Counted from the stretch's first letter, positions 27,303 to 37,246 are shown. The stretch: 64,000 nt of DNA from Longimicrobiales bacterium (GCA_965238005.1 OZ250165.1:1504001-1568000), one strand, 5' to 3'. Notes: a model not told the origin generated them from the letters alone. Numbers and translations are program-made.

Positions 27303-29597
27303 TCAGTTCATTGTCATCTTCACCCTCGGCCCGGGAGGCATGAACCTGTGTAAGAAGTCGGTTCGCAGGTTGTACAAGTGATCCTGCGTATTTCGACCTA
27401 CTCTCAATCCATGGTTGCGGTTGGGATATACCATCATGCTGAACTGCTTCTCGTGGGCGACTAATTCATTGACCAGAGATTCAAAACTCTGGTAATGCAC
27501 GTTCGAGTCTCCGCTACCGTGAATGATGAGCAAATTGCCTTCGAGGCGATGTGCCCAGGTTATCGGCGAGCCGTTTTCGTAGCCCTCCATATTCTCGTCG
27601 ATGAGTCCCATAAAACGTTCTTGATAGCCGGGATGGTAAAACCGCTGGTGGCTCACAAACGAGGACGGCATGGCGAGCTTGTACAGATCCGGGTACCGAA
27701 AGATGAGATTGAGGCTCATCTGGCCTCCACCGCTGTGTCCGTAGATCCCGACTCTTTCGGGGTCCAAGTATGGGGTGGTGGCGAGGATCTCCGTTGTGGC
27801 GGCGGCGTGGTCCTTGGCCGCTAAGATTCCGAGCTGACGGTGAATACTCTTGCGCCAAATGCGACTTCTGGGAGCCGAGGTACCCCGAGGGTCGACACTC
27901 ATCACAACGTATCCCTGCTGCGTGAGCATCAGATGCCACAGGTATCTCGTGCCGGCCCATGAGTCCAACACGGTCTGTCCGGCAGGCTCTCCGTAGATGT
28001 AAAAAAACAGCGGATACTTCTGTTGTGGATCAAAATCCGGTGGCTTGATGGTAAACGCGTCCAACTCCAATCCGTCCCCAATATCCACGCGGAAAAATTC
28101 CGTGGGACTCTTCTCGAGCTCGGCCAACTTTTGGCGAAGGTCGGTGTTGTCCTCGAGCACCCTCGCGGAGCGGTGATCCGGAATGCGAATCAGATCGACC
28201 TCCGGCGGGGTGTCTTTCGTCGAGAAGGTGTGGATGGCCCAATTGAAATCAGGCGACACCTGATAGCCATGGGTGCCGGGGGATTCCATCGGAGTGATCC
28301 GTTCGGAAGTCCCGCTACCGTCCAGCGGTACCCGGAACAAGAAACGCTGTGTCGCGTTGTCCGGCGACGCCATGTAGTAGAGCCACCCTTCTTCTTCATC
28401 TATTCCCTGAATCACGATGACGTCGAACGGGCCCGGCGTGAGCAAACCCAACTCCTGCCCCGTGCGTGAGTACAAGTACACGTGCGACCACCCGTCACGT
28501 TCACTCACAAACGTGAACTTCTCACCACCGTCGAGCCAATAGATGTTGTTCGGCTCGACCCAGGCGCTGTCTGTTTCGACGAGGATCGACCGGACGGCAC
28601 CCTCTGGAACATCCGCCAGCAACACCCGCAGAGTGTTCTGACGTCGGTTCATGATTTGCAACACCAATTCACTGGAACTGGCCGCCCAATCCATCCGCCA
28701 CAGATAGTCTTCGTGAGGATCTGCCGGTAGATCCAACCAGCTCGTCTCTCCTCCGCCGGAGGCGACAACGCCCACCCGGAACGAGGCCATCTTCTGTCCC
28801 ACTTTTACATAGGGAAACGATACGATCTCAGGATAGAGGGTCTCGGTGTTGTTGATCATGTAGAAGTCCGGAACGTCGCTCCAGTCCGACTGCACATAAA
28901 CGACGAGTTTGCCGTCCGGACTCCAGGCGTATCCACCCTTGCCCGCAATCAGGTCTCCGTATCGCCTGTTGAGCATGGAATTGCTGGCGGATTTGATTCT
29001 CCCGTTGAACAGCCGCTCCGCCCCGTCCGTCGTCAACCGGATGATCTCGAATGACGTAAGGTCTTCCACATAGATGTCATTGTCTTTGACGTAACTGACG
29101 CGACGCCCCTCCGGGGAGAACCTGGCAGTCTGCAACGATTGGGGGGCCGCATCGCGTCCAAGCTTGTGCCAGTTCCATCCCAGGAGGTCGAGGACCCAGT
29201 AGTCCTGTGCTGCACTGCCTCGGACCACCTGTTTGAGATTGGTGGATATGAGAAGTTTGGATCCGTTAGGGGACCAGGAATAACTCTCGATCTCCATCGG
29301 TGATGACTCGCCCGGCAGGATCAGTCTCCACGCCGGAACCGCCACCACCTTCGCGCCGGTCTCCGCGTCGTACCTCACCACATCTCTCGCGCCGTCGTTA
29401 GTATCCGATGCTTCCAAAAGGGTGTAACTGGCCCCACCCGCCGACCACACCACGGGCCCGAATGACTTGGCCCGGAACCCTGAACTCAAGATTCTCTCTA
29501 CGGTCAGCAGTGAAGAGTCGTCTTGCTGAGCAAGGGCCGGAAAACGTGGCACTGCCAGAACGGTTATTGCCAGTACCGTTATTGCCAGATTTCTCAT
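27303..29597 (-). CDS. Dipeptidyl peptidase IV (S9B), secreted
   Basis: Signal peptide, propeller WSPDG repeats, GHSGGG, HG.GD.NVH and NH motifs; GGAGG RBS. Confidence 0.9.
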   Translation of the reverse strand: MRNLAITVLAITVLAVPRFPALAQQDDSSLLTVERILSSGFRAKSFGPVVWSAGGASYTLLEASDTNDGARDVVRYDAETGAKVVAVPAWRLILPGESSPMEIESYSWSPNGSKLLISTNLKQVVRGSAAQDYWVLDLLGWNWHKLGRDAAPQSLQTARFSPEGRRVSYVKDNDIYVEDLTSFEIIRLTTDGAERLFNGRIKSASNSMLNRRYGDLIAGKGGYAWSPDGKLVVYVQSDWSDVPDFYMINNTETLYPEIVSFPYVKVGQKMASFRVGVVASGGGETSWLDLPADPHEDYLWRMDWAASSSELVLQIMNRRQNTLRVLLADVPEGAVRSILVETDSAWVEPNNIYWLDGGEKFTFVSERDGWSHVYLYSRTGQELGLLTPGPFDVIVIQGIDEEEGWLYYMASPDNATQRFLFRVPLDGSGTSERITPMESPGTHGYQVSPDFNWAIHTFSTKDTPPEVDLIRIPDHRSARVLEDNTDLRQKLAELEKSPTEFFRVDIGDGLELDAFTIKPPDFDPQQKYPLFFYIYGEPAGQTVLDSWAGTRYLWHLMLTQQGYVVMSVDPRGTSAPRSRIWRKSIHRQLGILAAKDHAAATTEILATTPYLDPERVGIYGHSGGGQMSLNLIFRYPDLYKLAMPSSFVSHQRFYHPGYQERFMGLIDENMEGYENGSPITWAHRLEGNLLIIHGSGDSNVHYQSFESLVNELVAHEKQFSMMVYPNRNHGLRVGRNTQDHLYNLRTDFLHRFMPPGPRVKMTMN

Positions 29598-30031
29598 TCT
29601 GTCCTCCATGTTGTCAGCCGAGCAGTCGAATTCGGACCTAGCGCAACGCCTCACTCCAATGCGCTCGCAGCCTCGCGAATCATCGTGATGTCGGCGACGA
29701 AGATGCTGCGACCGCACTCATCCCACAAGCAACCGGGACTCCGATGGGGGGCATCGAGATGCGGAACGTCGGCGCTCGCAAGACCACGAGCACGTCGCTG
29801 ACCGTCTCACTACAAAACGGCATCGGTAGCTGCCCAACCCGATCCATCTCCACCTCGAACTCCTCATGCTCGCGCGCATCATGCGCAGGAACCAGTCGTG
29901 GGCGTCACGGGCTGTGTGGACGCCATAGCGAGGTGAGAGGCCGAAGGAGCGTAGCGACTGAAGCACGACCGGCTGTTACACGATGGCGCCCCTCTCTGGG
30001 CGAAGCCCATAAAACTACTCAGCTGGACTCT

Positions 30032-31564
30032 TCAGGCGTGGGCACTGCTGTAGTGCTCTTTCAGCGCTCTTCTCTGGACTTTCCCTACGGCGCTCTTGGG
30101 CAAGCTGGGCAAGAAGAAAACCTTCTCAGGCACCTTATGAGCCGCGATCTGCTCCTTGGCAAATTCAATCAATTCTCCCTCGGTAGCCGATACCTCTTCC
30201 CGCTTGGCGACATACGCTACCACGACCTCACCCCACGTCTCATCCGGTATGCCGATAACCCCGGCTTCGGCCACCGCCGGGTGCTGGTAGAGAACGGCTT
30301 CTACTTCTTGCGGCGAAATGTTGGAGCCGCCTCGGATTATGAGTTCCTTCTTGCGCCCGTCGAACCAGCAGTAGCCTTCTCCATCTTGCTTGACGAGATC
30401 TCCGGTATAAAGCCACCCCTCGCGCAGGACCTCAGCGGTAGCCTCAGGGTTGTTCCAGTAGCCGATCGTATTTCCCGGACACTTAACCGTCAGCTCGCCC
30501 ACTTCTCCGGGCTTCACTTCCTCGCCGTCCGCATCCATCACACGCAACAGGACGCCCTCTAAAGGCACCCCGATGGACCCCGAGCGGATTTTTCCAGGGG
30601 GGTTCCAGGTGATCGGCGCGATTTCGGTCATGCCCAAGAGCTCGTGCAGGGGGAGAGAAAAGGCACGCGTAAACTGCTCCTGCAAAGCCGTGGGGACCGA
30701 GTCGCCGGCCGCTAAAAAGCGCATATCGGCACGGATATCATAGGGGGTCGCCGTTTGGCATTCTACCAGGGCCTTGCACTGGACCGGCATGGCAAACGTG
30801 AAGGTGCACTGCTCCCGCTCAAGGGTCTCCAATATCGTCTGGGGGTCACTCGCGGTTGGGAGAACCAGCGTGGCGCCGACGGTGAGGCTAGAAAGCATGA
30901 TGCACATGAAAGCCGCCATATGGGTCATGGGCGTCAGCACGGCCGCCACCTGCTCACGAGACATCCCCATCTGTTCCATCATGGCAATCATGTAGTGCAG
31001 CGTTTCGTGGGTGTGTGTGACCCCTTTGGGCCGTGCGGTCGTCCCCGAGGTGTAAAGGATGGCGGCCACCTGGCCGGGCTCCACGGCCGGCCATTCTATC
31101 GTTCCGGAGGGGGCGGTCAACAGATTCTGGAAAGCACTGGTGTCCGCGAACTGGCGGTCGCGGGTCAGATAGCACAGCTGTAACTGCGGCAGGTGCGGTT
31201 GGATCGGAAGGACCTGTTGGTACAAGTCCGGCTGGCCAATGTAAAACCGGGCTTGACTGTGCTGTAGGAGATATTCGATCTCCGACGGCCCCATGCGGGC
31301 ATTGATCGGCACCGCAATGGCGCCGGCCTTGAAGCATCCATAGTAGCCGAAAACCAGCTCCGGACAATTGCTCATGTGCAATGCAACACGATCCCCCGGC
31401 TCCAACCCTTGTGCGAGAAGGTTAGTGGCTAACCGGTCAGTCAAGGTATCGACTTCGGCATAGGTCCAGGCGTGCTCAGCAAAGATCAGCGCCGTTTTTT
31501 CAGGATGATGCGTGTGTCCATCGCGGAGGAAACGGGCGAGGGTCATCGGTCTCTCCTGAATCAT
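30032..31564 (-). CDS. AMP-dependent acyl-CoA synthetase
   Basis: YTSGTTARPKG, GMTE, TGD, GRKKELIIRGG.N and LPKSAVGK motifs. Confidence 0.92.
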   Translation of the reverse strand: MIQERPMTLARFLRDGHTHHPEKTALIFAEHAWTYAEVDTLTDRLATNLLAQGLEPGDRVALHMSNCPELVFGYYGCFKAGAIAVPINARMGPSEIEYLLQHSQARFYIGQPDLYQQVLPIQPHLPQLQLCYLTRDRQFADTSAFQNLLTAPSGTIEWPAVEPGQVAAILYTSGTTARPKGVTHTHETLHYMIAMMEQMGMSREQVAAVLTPMTHMAAFMCIMLSSLTVGATLVLPTASDPQTILETLEREQCTFTFAMPVQCKALVECQTATPYDIRADMRFLAAGDSVPTALQEQFTRAFSLPLHELLGMTEIAPITWNPPGKIRSGSIGVPLEGVLLRVMDADGEEVKPGEVGELTVKCPGNTIGYWNNPEATAEVLREGWLYTGDLVKQDGEGYCWFDGRKKELIIRGGSNISPQEVEAVLYQHPAVAEAGVIGIPDETWGEVVVAYVAKREEVSATEGELIEFAKEQIAAHKVPEKVFFLPSLPKSAVGKVQRRALKEHYSSAHA

Positions 31565-31684
31565 GGTTCTATCCTCGGTCAGACGCTTGTATTCACGTTC
31601 TGAGCGTCTTCGGAGTCGTGCCAGATGCGGCGGGCGAAGTAGGCCCTGCCCTTGGGGCGGTTGCCGGCTTCACCCGTTCGGGCC

Positions 31685-33060
31685 GGTAGTGTCCCTAGAT
31701 TTGTGTAAAAGCGGATAAGCTGGACAGGAGGGAAAGAAAAACGGAAGCTCCTCTGTTGTTGTTCACTGTCACATGAACCCGGGAGTCCGGGTCTGCAGAG
31801 CAGGCTCGGAACCGGAGAGGAGCTTCCGATGCAAGAGATTGTGGAGATCGGTCGGGCCACGCAAGACGAGCTACGCGATGATTTGCGCGAGCTGTTTCAA
31901 GGCGCGATCCGGCTGACGCTCGAGATGGTGCTGGAAGAGGAGCTGAAGGCCATGGTAGGTGCACGCCGCTTCGAGCGGGTGGGAAGCCGGAAGGACCATA
32001 GGAACGGCACATACCTGAGGCGGCTGCTGACGAGCCTGGGGCAGATCGAGGTCGCCATGCCCCGGAGCCGGGACAACGGTTCGCCGGCCGACGTGATCGG
32101 CCGCTACCAGCGCAGGAGCCCCGAGCTCGACGAGATGATGGTCGAGGCGTATGTGAGCGGCGTGTCACAGCGCAAGATGGGCGACGTCACCGAGGCGCTG
32201 ATGGGCGAGCGTGTTGGGCGCTCGACGGTGAGTCGTGTGGCAAAACGGCTCGACGAGGCCGTGGAAGGGCTGCGCCGTGCGCCGATCGAGGGGCCTCACC
32301 CCTATCTGTACCTGGACGCCACGTTCTTGGACGCCCGCTGGGCCCGCAAAGTCGAGAACGTGAGTGCGCTCGTGGCGTATGCAGTGGGCCCTGAGGGTCA
32401 CCGACGGCTCCTGGCCGTCACGCTGGGCGCTGAGGAGTCGCAGCAGAGCTGGTCGGAGCTCCTCGAGCAACTCCAGGACCGCGGCCTCGGCGGTGTCGAG
32501 CTCGTGATCGCCGATGAGCACGCAGGCCTGGCAGCTGCGGTCCGCCGCTTCCTGCCCGAGGCACGCCGTCAGAGGTGTACGGTCCATCTGCAGCGTAATG
32601 TGGGGGCGAGGGTCCCCCACCGCCTACGCAAGCGCGTGGCGCGTGAGGTCTCGGTGATCTTCCAGACATCCGGACTCGCCGAGGCGAAGAAGCTCCTGGG
32701 CGAGTTCGGCGCACGCTGGAAGAAGGAGCTGCCCGAGGCCGTGGAGGTCCTGGAGCGGGGCTTCGGGGCAGCGACGCAGTTCTACGCGTTCCCCGAGGCG
32801 CACTGGCCCCGGCTGCGTACCACCAACAGCCTCGAGCGGCTGCACGGCGAGATCAAACGCAGGATCAAGGCCGCCGGCGCCTTCCCGGACCGGGCCAGCG
32901 CCCTCAGGCTCATCACGGCCGTCGCACTCAGGACCACACACGTCTGGGGCGACCGGCGTTACCTCGACCTGTCACTCCTCCAGAAACAGGAGGTCGCCCA
33001 AGCAGCCTAGCCGAAGGCGAGGAGCTTCCTCCGCTTTTACACACAAATCGGGACTTGACC
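31685..33060 (+). mobile_element. IS256-family insertion sequence, intact
   Basis: Imperfect IRs sharing TGTGTAAAAGCGGA; TTCGGGCC duplicated at 31677 and 33062. Confidence 0.92.
31829..33010 (+). CDS. IS256 transposase
   Basis: RNGTY.R, YLYLDAT, VIADEH.GL, QRC.VHL.RN and TTN.LER motifs. Confidence 0.95.
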   Translation: MQEIVEIGRATQDELRDDLRELFQGAIRLTLEMVLEEELKAMVGARRFERVGSRKDHRNGTYLRRLLTSLGQIEVAMPRSRDNGSPADVIGRYQRRSPELDEMMVEAYVSGVSQRKMGDVTEALMGERVGRSTVSRVAKRLDEAVEGLRRAPIEGPHPYLYLDATFLDARWARKVENVSALVAYAVGPEGHRRLLAVTLGAEESQQSWSELLEQLQDRGLGGVELVIADEHAGLAAAVRRFLPEARRQRCTVHLQRNVGARVPHRLRKRVAREVSVIFQTSGLAEAKKLLGEFGARWKKELPEAVEVLERGFGAATQFYAFPEAHWPRLRTTNSLERLHGEIKRRIKAAGAFPDRASALRLITAVALRTTHVWGDRRYLDLSLLQKQEVAQAA

Positions 33061-33091
33061 TTTCGGGCCGACAGTGTTGTCGATCCTTAGC

Positions 33092-33625
33092 TCATAGATG
33101 ATACAGCATGAGGTAGACGGCGACGCCGCTCACGGAAACGTAAAGCCAAAGCGGCAGCGTCCAGCGCGCGATCTTGCGATGCTTCGCGATGCGCTCGGTC
33201 CAGCCGCGATAGATCGTGAACAGCGCGAGCGGAACGATCACCATCGCCAGCGCGACGTGTGGCACGAGCACGGCGAAGTACACGCCGCGGATCCATCCCT
33301 CATGCTGGAAGGGAACGGAGCCGACCTGGGCGTGATGAAGCAGGTAGGTGACGAGGAAGAGCGACGACAGAACGAAAGCGGTCACCATACAGGTCCGGTG
33401 GGCTTTGATGTTCCTCTTGCGAATGAACGCGTAGCCGGTTAGCAGGAAACACGCCGCGCTTCCGTTTAGGACGGCGTTCACCGTTGCCAGCGCTCCCGGC
33501 GTCCCGGGTGCTGGGCCGCGCCCCGGCATGGCGTAGAGGACGATGATCACCGCCGCGAACACGACGACCGACAGGACACCAATCACCCAGCGTGCCGCGG
33601 GAGCCTCTGCTGTGACCGTACTCAC
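33092..33625 (-). CDS. DUF420-family membrane protein
   Basis: NA.LN, H..CM..AF..S.LFLV.Y and H.KIARW..P.WLYVSVSG motifs. Confidence 0.85.
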   Translation of the reverse strand: MSTVTAEAPAARWVIGVLSVVVFAAVIIVLYAMPGRGPAPGTPGALATVNAVLNGSAACFLLTGYAFIRKRNIKAHRTCMVTAFVLSSLFLVTYLLHHAQVGSVPFQHEGWIRGVYFAVLVPHVALAMVIVPLALFTIYRGWTERIAKHRKIARWTLPLWLYVSVSGVAVYLMLYHL

Positions 33626-33655
33626 GACAGGAAATGGGATAAGCTCAAGACCGAT

Positions 33656-34117
33656 CTACATGCCTTCCAACCCAAGATCAGCCCGCGCCTGGTCCATGGT
33701 TACAGGGGTGATCATCTCGATACCACGCTCGCGCGCGTAATCGGTGTAGATGCGTTTGACCATTCCCCTCGCAAAAGCGGGCACTTTCTCGAGCCTGTCC
33801 CTCGCCTCCGGATTCCACTCCACCGCCTGCCTGGGCTTCGCGGCCCCCTCCGGAGGGCCGTCCGGCTCCTTGAACGCTTCGGAACGCCCATCTGCGAGAC
33901 TCGTCCGTACGAGTTCGAGTGGCTGCTTCGGCACCACGCGTCCCCCCAACTCGTAATCCAGGCTGTGCACGAGCTGCGTTTCCATCGGGTTCGCGAGGAG
34001 CGCGAGCTCCCAACCACAGCTGGCGCACTCAAATGCCGCTGTCATCGTTTGGTCACCAGGGCGCTGGACTTCAGTGAGCTTCATAGGCTCGTCGCATTCA
34101 AGGCAAAGGAACTTCAT
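33656..34117 (-). CDS. Zn-ribbon plus PCP_red-like domain protein
   Basis: CxxC...CxxC N-terminus; W..EA..RL.KVP.F.R...K....YA C-terminus. Confidence 0.7.
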   Translation of the reverse strand: MKFLCLECDEPMKLTEVQRPGDQTMTAAFECASCGWELALLANPMETQLVHSLDYELGGRVVPKQPLELVRTSLADGRSEAFKEPDGPPEGAAKPRQAVEWNPEARDRLEKVPAFARGMVKRIYTDYARERGIEMITPVTMDQARADLGLEGM

Positions 34118-34160
34118 TGGCTAGTGCTCCTCAGGTCCTTTCGATCTTTGCCACCCGGCT

Positions 34161-34367
34161 TCAGGCATCAGCTCCGCGCACCCTCTGGGCCTGATCGAGC
34201 AGCACCTCGAGCTCCTCGTCGGTGAGGTCGTCTAGCTCGGCTTGGCGGTCCAGCAGCGCGGTACGCCGTTCGCGGCCACGAAGGAAGACGACCTCCATCT
34301 CTAGCTCGCGAATAAGCATCCAGCGCTTCCCGTCCCTTGGATCCGTCCAACTCCTCGTGCGGTCCAT
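34161..34367 (-). CDS. Hypothetical protein
   Basis: GGAGGTG RBS; 68 aa. Confidence 0.6.
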   Translation of the reverse strand: MDRTRSWTDPRDGKRWMLIRELEMEVVFLRGRERRTALLDRQAELDDLTDEELEVLLDQAQRVRGADA

Positions 34368-34529
34368 GGATCACACCTCCGTCCGCCTGGCCGGTGGGGG
34401 GGAGGGCGGCTGGCGGTTTCCTGCGTTCTAACTGGTGTTGATTCTAATCGCTGGCTCTGGACAGGGGCAAGCGAATCCCCTGCCCTTCGGGCGGTTGCCA
34501 GCTCCGCAACCGCTTCTCCGCCACCGTCA

Positions 34530-34685
34530 GGAGCGTCGCAGAGTAGGGCCGTACCACTTCTTGAGCACCTGACGACCACGTGGGTTCGAGCCGAGCGGTC
34601 ATGATGGGTGGCCGCGGATGCGGGCCTCCTTGGGGTCTTCCGCGAGACTACCGAGCGCAGCGAGGTGAATCCCACCCCCTCCGCT
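34530..34685 (+). pseudogene. Degenerate tRNA-Ser-like sequence with a 79-bp insertion in the T-loop
   Basis: GGAG..GCAGAG, TCTTGA, CCACGTGGGTTCGA[insert]ATCCCACCCCCTCCGCT. The 3' 19 nt match tRNA-Ser 11578-11596 at 18/19. Confidence 0.65.
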
Positions 34686-34716
34686 TCTCAGGGTCCTCGT
34701 GGAGGACGGTCGCGAA

Positions 34717-34770
34717 GCTCGACGAGTTGTCCTGATAATCGTACGTATATCCTTACTTAGATTATACGTA
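34717..34770 (+). repeat. 54-bp direct repeat, copy 1 (dyad-containing)
   Basis: 50/54 identical to 37115-37168. Confidence 0.85.
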
Positions 34771-34892
34771 TATGCCGGTTAGTCCAGGAAGAAGCCTGAA
34801 GGTTGCGTGTTCCTAAGTCGAGTTCTCAGGTGTTCTCCCGCTCCTCCGAACGGTGATCGAGCTTGAAAACGGGACATCGGCCTCTCCTCGGC

Positions 34893-36842
34893 TCACGGCA
34901 GAACTAACGCCACGAACTCCGCTGGATGGCCCGCGTTGCCCACGCTTACGACGATGTGCTGCCGGTCTTCGACCATATAGGTCATCGGGACGCCGTTCGG
35001 AATGGCGGGCAACTCAATCGTCGCAAGCAGCTCTCCAGTCGCTTTGTCGTGGACGCGCAGCTCCGGGTCGCCCGCTCCCCGCCAGCCCCCGGTAACGAAC
35101 AGCAGCGACTTGGTGACCATCGTCCCCGATGAAAGGCGCTTTCCCGTCTTCGGAATGTCCACGCCCTGGAGAGCCGGATGATCCAGCACGTCCTGGGGCG
35201 TATCCCCGTTGGCAACCGTCCAGAGATGGTCGCCGGTGTTCAGGTCGATCGCCGTGATTCTCCCCCACGGTGGCTTGATGAGGGGCAGCCCCATAGGGGT
35301 GGGCAGCCCGGCACTGCCCTGGATGTAGTTCATGTTGGAGCGATCGGGATCGTTCACCATTGCTCGGACGTTCGGTCCGGTCGCGGAACCGACGTACAGG
35401 ACCCCGGTCTCCGGGTCGAGCGATGCGCCGGGCCAGTTGGCGCCACCGAGTGAGCCGGGCAGCTGGATGGTCCCTTTCGTGCCGTCGGGCGCCTCCGCCA
35501 ACGAGGGCGGCGTGTACAGCGGGCCGATCCGATACTCCGCGAGCGAATCGATCGCAGCCGCCCTGATCGCCGGTGTGAAGTCGATGAGATCGTCGAGTGA
35601 CACACCCTGTCGATCGAACGGTGCCGGCCTGGTCGGGAACGGTTGGGTCGGCGCCGTCCGCTCCATGGACACATCACTCTGCCCGACCGGGCGCTCCTCG
35701 ATAGGCCACACGGGCTCACCCGTGACGCGGTCGAAGACATAGGTGAACGCTTGCTTCGTCACTTGCGCGACCGCCTTGATCGGCCGCCCGTCCACGACGA
35801 TGTCCGCCAGAACTGGCGGCGCCGGTGGGTCGAAGTCCCAGATGTCATGGTGGATCATCTGGAAGTGCCAGACGCGCTCACCGGTCCTCGCGTCGAGACA
35901 GACCAGGCTCTGGGAGAACAGGTTATTCCCCGGTCGGTGCCCTCCGTAGTAGTCGCCCGTCCCGGCCTCGACCGGCAGGTAGACGTACCCGAGCTCGGCG
36001 TCGGCGCTGAACGGCGCCCAAACGGCGACGTTCCCCGTGTAGCTCCAGGAGTCGTCCTCCCAGGTCTCGTGCCCGAACTCGCCCGGCTGGGGAATCGTGT
36101 GGAAGATCCAGAGCCGCTCTCCCGTGCGGACATCGTAGCCGCGGACGTGGCCCGGAGGGTTCTCCTTGGTCGGCGGCGCATCACCCTCCGCCAGCGCCGC
36201 TCCGACGACCACGACGTCACCCACGATGACGGGTGGCGAACTAGAGCCGATAACGCCCTCGATCAGGTCTACCAGGCGGTCGAGGCCCCGCTTCAAATCC
36301 ACGACGCCGTCCTGCCCGAAATTGAGGACGGGTCGCCCGGTCGCAGCGTCGAGCGCAACCAGATGATAACCCGGCGTTATCAGGAAGATCTGCGCATCTC
36401 TCTCGTCCGGGCCTCCGGACCAATAGGTGATGCCTCGGCCCGAGTTGCGGCGCGGCGCGTTATCCCCTCGCACCCCCTCGTCCATTCGGTACATCCACAG
36501 CGTCTCTCCACTCGCTGCGTCGATCGCGACCGCGGCCCGTCGAAGCCCTGCGGTCGCATATAGCACCCCATTTACCATGATCGGGGTCACGCGGGAGTAG
36601 GTCTCGGTACGAGCGCCGAAGTTGTCGGTCTTCCACCGCCAGGCGATCTCCAGATCCTGCACGTTGTCGCGATTGATCTGGTCGAGCGGAGAGTATTTCG
36701 TGCTGCCGAGGTCGCCTGCATACGAGCGCCATTCGCCCGAAGTGGTGCCCTGCTGGGCGACGACTGGACCGGCAAAGCCGCACATCAGCCACACGGACAA
36801 TGCCAAAATCTTGGGTCTCATCTCGATAACCGATTGGCGCAT
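34893..36842 (-). CDS. PQQ-dependent (quinoprotein glucose-type) dehydrogenase, secreted
   Basis: Signal peptide, YSPLDQIN, RGYDVRTG, HHDIWDFD, KPPWGRITAIDL and PMTY motifs; start may be 36821. Confidence 0.9.
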   Translation of the reverse strand: MRQSVIEMRPKILALSVWLMCGFAGPVVAQQGTTSGEWRSYAGDLGSTKYSPLDQINRDNVQDLEIAWRWKTDNFGARTETYSRVTPIMVNGVLYATAGLRRAAVAIDAASGETLWMYRMDEGVRGDNAPRRNSGRGITYWSGGPDERDAQIFLITPGYHLVALDAATGRPVLNFGQDGVVDLKRGLDRLVDLIEGVIGSSSPPVIVGDVVVVGAALAEGDAPPTKENPPGHVRGYDVRTGERLWIFHTIPQPGEFGHETWEDDSWSYTGNVAVWAPFSADAELGYVYLPVEAGTGDYYGGHRPGNNLFSQSLVCLDARTGERVWHFQMIHHDIWDFDPPAPPVLADIVVDGRPIKAVAQVTKQAFTYVFDRVTGEPVWPIEERPVGQSDVSMERTAPTQPFPTRPAPFDRQGVSLDDLIDFTPAIRAAAIDSLAEYRIGPLYTPPSLAEAPDGTKGTIQLPGSLGGANWPGASLDPETGVLYVGSATGPNVRAMVNDPDRSNMNYIQGSAGLPTPMGLPLIKPPWGRITAIDLNTGDHLWTVANGDTPQDVLDHPALQGVDIPKTGKRLSSGTMVTKSLLFVTGGWRGAGDPELRVHDKATGELLATIELPAIPNGVPMTYMVEDRQHIVVSVGNAGHPAEFVALVLP

Positions 36843-37114
36843 GGTAAGAATCTATGACTGCAGAACGCACTCTACACCGTGACGCCCCGAGCATCGCATG
36901 GTGGCGCCGTTCAATGCCCGGACGCAAGGGCACCCCGACCTTCCGGAACGGGTCGTTCCTGTTGCCCAACCACCGGCCATGGCCCATCCTCATCGTCCCG
37001 ATAGTATCGGCCTGGCTACGGATAGGAAATCCAACCGACGGACCGGGGGGGAAGGCAACGGTGGGTCGGGGTTGGGAGGATACGAGGAGCGAGGGAATAC
37101 GGGTCGGGACGCCT

Positions 37115-37168
37115 GCTCGACGAGTTGTCCTCATGATCGTACGTATAGCTTTACTTAGATTATACGTA
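37115..37168 (+). repeat. 54-bp direct repeat, copy 2
   Basis: GCTCGACGAGTTGTCCT..ATCGTACGTATA..TTACTTAGATTATACGTA. Confidence 0.85.
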
Positions 37169-37246
37169 CTGCCGCATAGTCCGAGAGGAAGGTCTTACCT
37201 CGAAAGCTCCGTCCGCCGCGCACACTCCGCCCGACCTGGGACCCAC

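Noticed and set aside
29558..29588. 15-bp duplication (LAITV x2) in the DPP IV signal peptide
   Set aside because: Ordinary in-frame slippage in a hydrophobic signal; no sign of function.
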